A DNA stretch of 64,000 nt from Nitrospirota bacterium. GTDB lineage: Bacteria; Nitrospirota; UBA9217. Positions 10,553-19,428 of this stretch are shown piece after piece (the first letter of the stretch is position 1; every line of letters starts with the position of its first letter). The stretch is from positions 512,001 through 576,000 of the forward strand of contig CAVTRN010000002.1 in NCBI GenBank assembly GCA_963737155.1, in the 5' to 3' direction. The position numbers and the translations under genes were made by a program. The notes under the pieces are model-generated. The model saw only the letters and a list, made by a program, of their open reading frames with translations, ran no database searches and was not told the origin of the DNA.

Positions 10553-12078
10553 GCAGGGCAGGACATCTGTTCTGGTGGTCCCTCTTCCTGGTGATTCTGG
10601 GTTTTTCATTCAGCATATCGAAAGTGGATGTCGTGTCTCTCTTCGGCGGATTATCCCAGTCGTTTGCCTTGGGCAGGGAGATGCTGCCGCCTAATTTTTC
10701 GAGGTGGAGACAGATAACGAGCCTTGCCGCGGAAACCGTGTCCATGGGTTTCTGGGGTACGATGCTCGGGATACTCTTTTCCTTGCCTTTGGGATTTCTT
10801 GCGGCTAGAAATACGGCTAAAAACGGGTTCTTATACCACCTCTCCAGGGGACTGGTAACATTGTTGAGATCAGTCCCGGATGTCATTTACGCCTTTTTTT
10901 TCGTAATTGCGTTCGGTCTTGGACCGCAGGCAGGGGTAGCAGCCTTAACCATGGCATCGATCGGGCTTCTCGGAAAATTTTACTCTGAAGCGGTGGAAAG
11001 CATCGATGAAAAGCCGGTGGAAGCTCTTGCGGCTACGGGTTGCCGCGGTATCAGCGTCATCCGCCATGCCGTTGTTCCCCAGGTGCTGCCCTTGTTTATA
11101 GGGTACAACCTCTACATGTTGGACCACAATATCCGGGTCGCTCTGGCCCTCGGTGTGGTAGGCGCCGGAGGGCTGGGAGTGGAGCTTTTCTATCAAATGC
11201 GTGCGTTTCATTATCAGAAGGCGTCCGCCATCCTTGTCATCATCTTGGTCATGATTACCATTATCGATCGGGCTTCCAGCCACCTTCGATACAGAATCAT
11301 TAAAGGTGGTTTTTGGAGCCCCGGAACCCGCATTCTTGATGTCGTATTGCTGGTCGTCATAGGTCTGCTCATCCTTAGCTCCGTTTATTCTGTTCCGGTA
11401 GATCTTAAAGAATTGGTGGCAGGAGTGCCGCGTATCTGGAGATTTCTGACAGGAATGGTTCCGCCCGATTTTTCCAGGCTTACTGTTTACCTGAAATTGA
11501 TGCTGGAGACGGTGGCCATGGGTATCAGCGGCACCTTCCTGGCAATTGTCTTGGGGGGGCCCTTGGGGGTGCTGACGGCCCGGAATGTCAGTCATAATGT
11601 GATAATAAAAAACCTGGCAAAGGAACTTACCAACTTTCTCCGGGCAATGCCTGAACTCGTATTCGCCTTGATTTTCGTGGTTGCGGTCGGCTTGGGACCC
11701 TTTGCAGGGGTCTTGGCCCTTGGCCTGAACACTGCAGGGTTCTTGGGAAAGTTTTATGCGGAGGCCATTGAAAATGTCGACCCTAAAGCGGTGGAGGCGG
11801 TGCAGGCCTCCGGGGCCGGGTTGCTCCAACGGATCAGCCATTCCATCTTTCCCCAGGTCCTGCCGCTTTTTAACAGCTATAACCTGTATATTCTGGATCG
11901 GAATATCCGGTATTCCACCATTATGGGCTTGGTAGGGGCTGGCGGCATCGGCTTCGAGCTGGTCATGACTTCGAGAATGTTCGAATATCGCCAAATGGCC
12001 GCCATGCTTTTGATCATCCTGGCCACCGTTATGCTGGTGGACTGGCTCTCAGCCTATTTAAGAAAGAAGTTAGTGTAG
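10522..12078 (+). CDS. phnE: phosphonate ABC transporter permease PhnE, two fused permease domains
   Basis: Two copies of ..RSVPD/RAMPE..FGLGP/VGLGP..GKFY(S/A)EA..G(V/L)VGAGG(L/I)G; start uncertain. Confidence 0.92.
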   Translation: MRCSSSQHYLSRAGHLFWWSLFLVILGFSFSISKVDVVSLFGGLSQSFALGREMLPPNFSRWRQITSLAAETVSMGFWGTMLGILFSLPLGFLAARNTAKNGFLYHLSRGLVTLLRSVPDVIYAFFFVIAFGLGPQAGVAALTMASIGLLGKFYSEAVESIDEKPVEALAATGCRGISVIRHAVVPQVLPLFIGYNLYMLDHNIRVALALGVVGAGGLGVELFYQMRAFHYQKASAILVIILVMITIIDRASSHLRYRIIKGGFWSPGTRILDVVLLVVIGLLILSSVYSVPVDLKELVAGVPRIWRFLTGMVPPDFSRLTVYLKLMLETVAMGISGTFLAIVLGGPLGVLTARNVSHNVIIKNLAKELTNFLRAMPELVFALIFVVAVGLGPFAGVLALGLNTAGFLGKFYAEAIENVDPKAVEAVQASGAGLLQRISHSIFPQVLPLFNSYNLYILDRNIRYSTIMGLVGAGGIGFELVMTSRMFEYRQMAAMLLIILATVMLVDWLSAYLRKKLV

Positions 12079-12230
12079 ATATCATGAGCTTCATTTAATG
12101 TCCCGGCTCTCAAAGTACGAAGCGAGTCTCACACATTTAACGTGTGGTCTATAATGTCAGACTTTCTTCCCCTTCCTCGCGAGCAAGATGAAACCTTCAC
12201 GCACATCCTCCGTGGCGATGTTCAAGCTGG

Positions 12231-12893
12231 CTAAGCCGCACGTCTAGACCCGGCAGGTTTTAAGTTTAATTTTTCTCTGATCACTCTTGCCGGGGCGCTC
12301 GTTGCATACACAGCGGTTCCAACATCGAACAATTTTGATGTGCTCAAGCCTCCTACGATAACAGGGTCAAGACCTGCACGCGCTACAAGCTCGCCGGCAA
12401 CTTTCAATCCCTCCTGATCGTCGCTGGCTATCGGAATCCCGATTTTTTCACCGTTTTTATTGATTGTTTTTTTGAGGTCTTCGAAAAAAACCGTATTAAA
12501 GGCCCTTACGATTCTTGCACCCGCAAGAAGGCGGGCCACAAAGGTGCCCATACCACCCGGTTCTTTTCTTGCCTCTTCTGCGATCACTCCATCTCTCTCT
12601 GGATAAGGATTCGACGTGTCAATCACGATCTTGCCCTTCAGTGCCTCTTTTGTTTCAGGACCGAGTTCCGACAACGCATTCAAGGGGATCGAGAGCACGA
12701 TCACATCTCCGAATGCGATTGCTTCGTCTACGGTCCCGGAGCGGGCTTTGGGCCCGGCAATCATCACAAGGTTTTTGAGCGTATCGGGATGTCTTGAGCT
12801 ATAGAAAATCTCGTATCCCGCATTTGCAAGCAGAATTCCGAGATTTCCACCGATATGGCCTGATCCGACAATACCGATTTTCTGCATTTTCAT
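12231..12893 (-). CDS. NADPH-dependent F420 reductase family oxidoreductase
   Basis: IGIVGSGHIG Rossmann motif, IDTSNP, RAFNT. Confidence 0.88.
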   Translation of the reverse strand: MKMQKIGIVGSGHIGGNLGILLANAGYEIFYSSRHPDTLKNLVMIAGPKARSGTVDEAIAFGDVIVLSIPLNALSELGPETKEALKGKIVIDTSNPYPERDGVIAEEARKEPGGMGTFVARLLAGARIVRAFNTVFFEDLKKTINKNGEKIGIPIASDDQEGLKVAGELVARAGLDPVIVGGLSTSKLFDVGTAVYATSAPARVIREKLNLKPAGSRRAA

Positions 12894-13329
12894 GTCTTCA
12901 TCTCCTTTTTAGGCATTTAGTATCGTTAAACTATTAGGCATAGAAAGCAGCGAACATATTGAATCACTTAGTTGTTCAGCAACTCGCATTCTCCCCCTCT
13001 ATGCCCCCTTATTATCAGTGTTTCTGATCTTTATCAACTACGAGGGCACAGAGTATCTTACTGAAAAACAGGCACCAGCATTAACCGGTGTTCCTCTGCA
13101 CCCTCTATGGATTCATACTTGCCTTTCTGATTTTCATAAAACTTTTGACCGTATCATGCATTTCAGCGCAGTGCCCCATTGATACAAAAAACTTCTCTAA
13201 ATAAAGAATAGCACTGCCTGTAATAATATCAATTCTACAAAAGTAACATTCTTGGGGCAAATCTTGGATCCAGTCTTCATTCTTGACATTCGCCTACCAT
13301 GGGCTCTTTTCTGCATCTCTCTGCCGTCT

Positions 13330-13950
13330 ATCCGCGCAGTCATTAAACCCGTGAAGGACACTGATACGCCGTTTAACACCGGCGGGTTCGGCATACAGAA
13401 GGGTTGGGGAAAATGAAAGACGTCAAAATTGGCTTGATGAACGAAAAAAATGAGCGTAACCAGTGATGATCTTCGATGCCGACGTATTCATTCGGAATTT
13501 CAGAGGCAAACAGAAGGCGAGGAAGTTCATATCCGGTGACCCGTTTAGGGAACGGCATAGAAGCTTCCTTTGCATTATGAAACAGTCCAGGGTTGCCGGG
13601 GCCGGCAGGAACTTCGTGCGGTTAAGGAATTTATCTGCGACGACATCGCAGATGTCATTCATCCCGATGAACGCATTTCGGGAAAAGCCATCACGTTGCT
13701 CGAAGGGCATGCTTCACCGATGGAATTAGGACAGCTGATGCGCTGCTGCAGCAATGGCGCTGCGGGAGGACGATACTCTCGTAAGCGCGAGCCATAAGCA
13801 CTTTTAAAAAATAGCCAGCCTCGATGAGCCTGTTGCACAAATAGCCTTTTGGATCATTTTGTAAAAAATATGTTCAATAAAATCAATGGTCGTATTTCAC
13901 AAAAAATGGTTTGAGCAACAGGCTCCGATGTCAGCAATTTGAACCGTAAG
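13330..13950 (+). pseudogene. decayed type II toxin-antitoxin pair (antitoxin fragment plus VapC PIN toxin), frameshifted and interrupted by a MITE
   Basis: MIFDADVFI.. at 13463 continues in another frame (ETVQGC..ELRAVKEFI..PDERISGKAI) and then KHF*KIASL; an antitoxin-like fragment (FNTGGFGI) lies upstream. Confidence 0.7.
13826..13925. mobile_element. 100-bp MITE (IS5-like ends)
   Basis: 16-bp TIR GAGCCTGTTGCACAAA / TTTGAGCAACAGGCTC (1 mismatch), flanked by the 4-bp direct repeat CGAT (13822-13825, 13926-13929). Confidence 0.85.
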
Positions 13951-14161
13951 ACGGTACGAACTGGGAAAAAGTTGATAAAAGATATTTGCATGCAACAAAC
14001 TCTATACATAGCGTACTAGTTAATTGCGCATAATTTTCGGACAATTTCGCTGCCTGGACTCTGAGCGGCGGGAAAGTGCAAGGGGCGATTGCAGCAAAGC
14101 ACTGCGGTGATGTGCCGCGCCACCTCCAACGTTTCAATCATTGTTTGGTGTCGCCTAATTA

Positions 14162-15785
14162 GAGTCTGTATTTTAATGCAAAAAACGCATTGCGCGAGTG
14201 CGACCGAGGACGCCGTAAGATGTGGTAATTCCCCCGCATTCGCGTTTATAGCCTCGCCGTTTGAGGTAGTTTCGTAATAACATAGCCATAATGCTAATTT
14301 TGAACGCACTGGTGCTATAAGGGTTGATTGATGATTGAGTTTTCGTTACTATCGGGCCGTTTGAATCTTGGTGATCAGCAGTCCAGTCATAACCCGAATA
14401 TTATACGCAATTGCACTCCAGTAAATCTTCGCGTTGAAGTGTGGTCGTGTCTTCCATTCGCAGCGAAACATATCGAACCCTCTTTTGAAATTCGATATGA
14501 CAGCCTCGATGCCGCTCCGCCACTTCTTAAGACGCGTTTCCAGGTTCAGGCTGCTCGTCAAATTCTTGAGCGATCCAACGATCTTGTTGAATACGATATT
14601 GACGACCCCTTTATCTTTCGCCAGTTGCTGGTTCAAGAGAGACGCATAGCCGCCGTCCGTCGTCATATCGCGCGGCACGATGCCATAGTTTTCCTTGATT
14701 CGATCAATCACGCTGCCGTATTCCTGAGTGTCGCTGGGGTTGCCATCAAGAATCTTGCAGTCGATAATCAGCATGCTCGCACCTGTCGCCAGATTGATCT
14801 TATGCCCGAACGTCGCTTCACGTTTGCCTTTTACGATGATATCGGTATGATCCTCAAAGATCGAAAACAGCTTGTCCTCGTTCGGCACTTTCTCTCCCAG
14901 GATCTCGTGGCGATGCGTCATGCTGTAAACCCTCTCCGCCTTCGGGAGAAGATTCTTGATTTCGGTCGCAAGAGCCAAAGCCGCATCATCTGCGTACCGA
15001 AGCGAAGGCAACACAACAAGCGCGGCCTCAGCCTGATTAATGCTGGTTCGAAGCAATTTCAACTGTTTTTCAAAGGTTTCTTTGCGCTTCTCGCCCGGCT
15101 TCGTGTTGTTGATCTTGCCGAAATGCTTCTTGGCCTGCTTCTTGTACCGCCGCCCCGTGATCACTCCACCGGTCTCTTCAGCGAGTTTTACGAGCAGCCG
15201 GTCAAAGGTCTTGATGCAGTCCCACATCAGCGAATTGTTCGTCGGATAATGGACGTTTGTCTCGATTGCCGTGGAATCGGTTCGCGCCTTGCTGAAATCA
15301 TCAAGTCCTTCCGCTTGGGCAATCTTGTTGATTGCGATCATCACTTGCTCAAGCGTTTCCGCTTTGATCATCGAGATGTACTTCTGCCAGACCGAGAAGG
15401 ATATGGGGGACCTGCCGTTAAGTTTGAGAAACAGCACGCAGATGCGAGAATCGTGTTGGGCGTACTCCAACTCCCGATATGTCAGCGTCTTCATCTCCTT
15501 ATACAACGCGCCGCGCAGAATTTGCTCGATTGTGGGGGTGTCCTTTCTGCCAAGACTTTTTCCCGTGCTGCCCTTGAAGTCCCGTTTGACAAGCTCGTAA
15601 ATTTCGGGATGCAACGACAAAATCGTGTCGATAACCGCGAATTCCGTGTTGACTGCCCAGTGCGGATTCTCAAGCGTGAGTGTCAATTCGTTCAAAAGCT
15701 TCATCGTTTCCCCCTTGCTGATTTTGTTACGCCACTATACTTTTATCGTGCAGAATCAGCAAGTTAAATGATTAAATACAGACTC
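14162..15785 (-). mobile_element. ISNCY/IS5-like insertion sequence, copy 1 (1624 bp)
   Basis: TIR GAGTCTGTATTT at both ends; 6-bp TSD TAATTA (14156-14161, 15786-15791); near-identical to 58045..59667. Confidence 0.93.
14349..15704 (-). CDS. DDE transposase (ISNCY/IS5-like)
   Basis: RTDSTAIETNVHYPT, FGHK, TDGGYAS, WRSGIEAVIS. Confidence 0.93.
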   Translation of the reverse strand: MKLLNELTLTLENPHWAVNTEFAVIDTILSLHPEIYELVKRDFKGSTGKSLGRKDTPTIEQILRGALYKEMKTLTYRELEYAQHDSRICVLFLKLNGRSPISFSVWQKYISMIKAETLEQVMIAINKIAQAEGLDDFSKARTDSTAIETNVHYPTNNSLMWDCIKTFDRLLVKLAEETGGVITGRRYKKQAKKHFGKINNTKPGEKRKETFEKQLKLLRTSINQAEAALVVLPSLRYADDAALALATEIKNLLPKAERVYSMTHRHEILGEKVPNEDKLFSIFEDHTDIIVKGKREATFGHKINLATGASMLIIDCKILDGNPSDTQEYGSVIDRIKENYGIVPRDMTTDGGYASLLNQQLAKDKGVVNIVFNKIVGSLKNLTSSLNLETRLKKWRSGIEAVISNFKRGFDMFRCEWKTRPHFNAKIYWSAIAYNIRVMTGLLITKIQTAR

Positions 15786-16549
15786 TAATTACCTTCTCCG
15801 ATTTTTCGTGTGGGGTAAACTGCATATGTCGCTAGGGAGAGGATTGCAATGTATGCGGAGAGCACGACGCACGTGACCCATTCCCAGAAGGCAAAACGTA
15901 AGAATACGGGCCACCCGTGGACACGCCATGAGAAACTTACCCAATGGAGTTCGGGGGGCACATAATAGAAATACGCCTGGGCTAAGCCCGCCAGCAAGAT
16001 CGGGAGCACTGCTGCGCTAGCCAAGATGGCTGCATACAACCGTGCATGACCGCTGAATCTGCGCATTCGCCTCCGTAATATCCGGCCCATAGTCTGGAAC
16101 ATCAGGCTTACTATCCCGGTTAACAAGCCAGCAAACGCCAATACCGCGAAAATTTCATGTCCTTTTTGGATCCTGAGCAGGCATCGGGGCAGCAGGGCAG
16201 CACACATCATACAGAAGTTTCCGAACTGCAGAGCCCTCGTTCCGCTTGGCCGGCCTCTCACCTCCTCATGCTTCCAGTGCTGGGCCAATACCGCCACCCA
16301 GCAAAATCCACAAAGGCTACATAGCAACATGCCTGCTGACGCCCACAGATAGCCGGCGGGGTTTCGGTCGGGAGAGAGGAGGTTGGATACTGGCATGTAT
16401 TGCCATTCATACTCCGACGGATACCGCTGCGCCGCCATCAACATGCCACCCCAGAATGCGAGCACTCCGAGAGGAGCCGTAGCGCAAGATGCCCGTCGTA
16501 AAAACGACTTGTCCAGATTCTCATTTTTGGCTTCGAAAACGGGAGACAT
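15785..16549 (-). CDS. hypothetical multi-pass membrane protein (DUF998-like)
   Basis: Several hydrophobic segments; YP..Y.W....VSNL..NPAG and HEIFA; its stop codon is completed by the IS end. Confidence 0.6.
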   Translation of the reverse strand: MSPVFEAKNENLDKSFLRRASCATAPLGVLAFWGGMLMAAQRYPSEYEWQYMPVSNLLSPDRNPAGYLWASAGMLLCSLCGFCWVAVLAQHWKHEEVRGRPSGTRALQFGNFCMMCAALLPRCLLRIQKGHEIFAVLAFAGLLTGIVSLMFQTMGRILRRRMRRFSGHARLYAAILASAAVLPILLAGLAQAYFYYVPPELHWVSFSWRVHGWPVFLRFAFWEWVTCVVLSAYIAILSLATYAVYPTRKIGEGN

Positions 16550-16822
16550 TAACCGGCATTTCCCATTTTAGCTGCTTTCCGTGGCTGAATTCGATCATAA
16601 TGCGGGCCAACCTCAAGAGCAGAGGGCGACACGTCAAGGTTGGAATTTATGCATAGCAAAGCATGCAGACTTTATTTTGCCTTAACTTCTGATAGCCAAC
16701 GATGCTGATGAACCGCCTTCAATGCGCATTCTACAATTAGACCAAAAACCTCTTCCTGTGCCAACCTCTTTATCGCATTCTGGACAGCATATAGATATAC
16801 TTCCTTTTGGAGTTTTATATTG

Positions 16823-17311
16823 TTATGCTATTTTTTCTCCGCATTTCTCACACAACTTCGTCCCTTCCTTGATCGATTCTCCGCAAGTAGGGCAAATATT
16901 GCCCTCCGATTGCACTTCCCCTGCGAGAGCCGAACCACAGCTACTACAGAATTTGTCACCAATATTATTTTGCGCTTCGCACTTCTTGCACTTGATTGTA
17001 TCTGCGCCACGCCTCATTTTTAAAGCCTCAAGTTCCACATGCTTGATAGCTTCTTCAAGCTCCGTAATTTTCTTATAAAGAGCTGCGATCTCTTCGCAAT
17101 CGGTTTTTAAGTTTTCTTCAGTCAAGATTTCTTTGTTGACCATCTCAAAGACTTTCTTGCCAAGCGCATTAAAACGATTCTGAATAGTGGATTCTACCTC
17201 CCTAATCTTTGCTCTTAGCTTTGCTATTTCTATTAATTCTTTGCCTTTTGAGCTTACTGCATCTACGCCCTTATTAATGCTGCCCATCACCTTGTTAAAG
17301 AAATCCGCCAT
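16823..17311 (-). CDS. coiled-coil plus double zinc ribbon protein
   Basis: CKKC..FCSSCG..CPTCG..CEKCG; ATG at 17311 with a purine-rich RBS. Confidence 0.85.
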   Translation of the reverse strand: MADFFNKVMGSINKGVDAVSSKGKELIEIAKLRAKIREVESTIQNRFNALGKKVFEMVNKEILTEENLKTDCEEIAALYKKITELEEAIKHVELEALKMRRGADTIKCKKCEAQNNIGDKFCSSCGSALAGEVQSEGNICPTCGESIKEGTKLCEKCGEKIA

Positions 17312-18053
17312 TTCAACCCCTTTCATTTCAATAAGCGGCCGCATTCACCGCAAAATGCCGTACCAGTACCCAATCAACCTTTGCTCCACACTGGCTGCAG
17401 AAGTTGGATGCAGCCGCCTGACTCGCACTTTGAGGTACGGAAAAGCCCTTGGTTTGCATTATGTAATAGCCATTCGAAGGTGAAAAAATTCGGCTACCAG
17501 CCTTTCTGCGTGACTCGATAATACGGAAACAGTATCAGACCGCGAAACTTCGAGTTGCGTACGCTCTCTGCGGGCAAGGTAAGTAAAACCTTATGAATTC
17601 GATCATCCTTGCTGCCTGTGATGTGCCAACCATCACTCTTAGCGAAGTTAGATCTCTTCTGAAAATCCAGAGCTGATTCGCCCTCCAAAGATCTCTTCAA
17701 AATGGATGCATCGCTCAGTAGTTTCTTGGTCAGTGTTGATTAGTATAATTATGCCACGAATATATGCTGAATGCTATGCGATGTCAATAATTGTCAATAA
17801 TGATGGTCAGGTATTTGAAGGGTCGAGATGTTGTTGAATAACGGGATTGAACCTTAAATCTACAGCATTCACAATAATTTTAGAGTACCCACCAATTTAC
17901 AATCTAAGAGGTTTAAACATTAACTTAATATAATCCAGATGTCTGATTCCATGTCCACTCAATTTTGATCATGTATCGTGGTGCATGGAACGACCCACTC
18001 TCTCTCTTGGACGCAGACCTAGGCCGTTCACTCCGAAATGCAAACAAAAAAAG

Positions 18054-19175
18054 TTATTTTCCGTGAATAGAAAGGAACTGCTCTCTCTTTTTCTTGTCCC
18101 AATGAGCGCAGAAGGCCGGCTTGCCCTTCATTACCTGCTCCATACAGACGTTACAAGCTGGCAGGCACTTGATTATCGGCTTGTTGATCTTACCGGCCGC
18201 CTTTTTGGGCCACAAGGGGTCGGCAAAGAGTACCCGCGCCAGGCCGATGAGGTCGGCGGTGCCTTCCTGAAGGATTTTTTCGGCTGTCTCAGGCGTTTGG
18301 ATGCGTCCTGCGGCGATGACAGGCAGACCGGGTACCGCCTCCTTTATTTTCCCGGCAAAGTGGGCCATATACGCTTCTTCTTTCTCTTTTTCTCTGTACG
18401 CAGGAAGAAAAAATGAATCGTAAGTCCCTGCCATAACGGAGAGGTACGCAACACCCCTCTTTGCGAGCTCCTGCGCATAGACTGAAGTCTGGTCAGTATG
18501 CAATCCATCAGGCAGCCATTCATCTGCGAGGAAACGGTACCCTACCGGATAATTGCCCACGTTTTTTATCACCGTTTCTACTACTCTCAGGGGGAACTTC
18601 ATTCTGTTTTCGAGCGACCCGCCGTAATCGTCTTTTCTTAAGTTCGTACGCTGGGAAAGGAACTGTACGAGAAGGTACCCTGTGCCTCCATGGAGTTCGA
18701 CTCCGTCAAACCCTGCCTCTTTGACCCGTGCTGCGGCGTCCGCGTAGGATTTGATGATCGTCTCCATCTCTTCGCTGTTCATCTCTTTTGGCAGTACCTC
18801 GCCGGTTTTTACGGGCGAGGGCGCGAGCCTCTTCTGTGCAGCATGGGCGTACCTGCCTGCGTGATTGAGCTGGCAAATTGCGATTGCACCTTCTTGGCGA
18901 ATAGCCGTTGCGATTTTTGCAAGTTCGGCGATCGAGCGGTCATTGTCGGACCGCAGGGTAAAGGGCGATCCCATGCCCGAGGGATCAACAGCAACGTTTT
19001 CCGTCACGATCATCGCCGCACCTGACGCTGCCATCTCCCGGTAATAGTCGATGATCAACTCGCTCGCCGTTCCGTCGGGATTTGCGTAGGAAAGAAAGAG
19101 CGGTGCCATCGTGATCCGGTTTTTCAGGACAAGCCCTTTAAGCCGGAATGGAGAAAAGAGAAGAGATTGTTCCAT
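18054..19175 (-). CDS. NADH:flavin oxidoreductase (Old Yellow Enzyme family) with C-terminal Fe-S cysteine motif
   Basis: LKNRITMAP, QLNHAGR, AGFDGVELHGGTGYL, DYGGSLENR, CLPACNVC..C. Confidence 0.93.
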   Translation of the reverse strand: MEQSLLFSPFRLKGLVLKNRITMAPLFLSYANPDGTASELIIDYYREMAASGAAMIVTENVAVDPSGMGSPFTLRSDNDRSIAELAKIATAIRQEGAIAICQLNHAGRYAHAAQKRLAPSPVKTGEVLPKEMNSEEMETIIKSYADAAARVKEAGFDGVELHGGTGYLLVQFLSQRTNLRKDDYGGSLENRMKFPLRVVETVIKNVGNYPVGYRFLADEWLPDGLHTDQTSVYAQELAKRGVAYLSVMAGTYDSFFLPAYREKEKEEAYMAHFAGKIKEAVPGLPVIAAGRIQTPETAEKILQEGTADLIGLARVLFADPLWPKKAAGKINKPIIKCLPACNVCMEQVMKGKPAFCAHWDKKKREQFLSIHGK

Positions 19176-19428
19176 ATGAAAGCCTCCTTTTTGTGGATGC
19201 ATTCTGGAGAGCAAAAGTGTTTATAAATTCATCAACTATTGCCGTTTGTTATTTTTTCATTGTTTATTAATAAAGGAGCTATGCGGCCAATACCGCGTCC
19301 TCTGGGTTGAATCAATATTTACTTCCTTTTTTCAAAACACATAAATTGCTTTATGAGGCGCAACCTTCCCTGAACTCCATTGCCTTTGCCGAATAGATTA
19401 TTGGAGGAAACCTTAACGAATCAACATT

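Noticed and set aside
14020-14155. Integron attC-like site downstream of the DUF998-like gene
   Set aside because: Some resemblance (..CCGCCGCTCAG..) but no intact RYYYAAC/GTTRRRY cores, no array and no integrase.
14328-15767. Long antisense ORFs (also 108..1475, 3421..4416, 10945..11994, 58211..59649, 59968..60684)
   Set aside because: Shadows of well-supported genes on the opposite strand, with no recognisable motifs.
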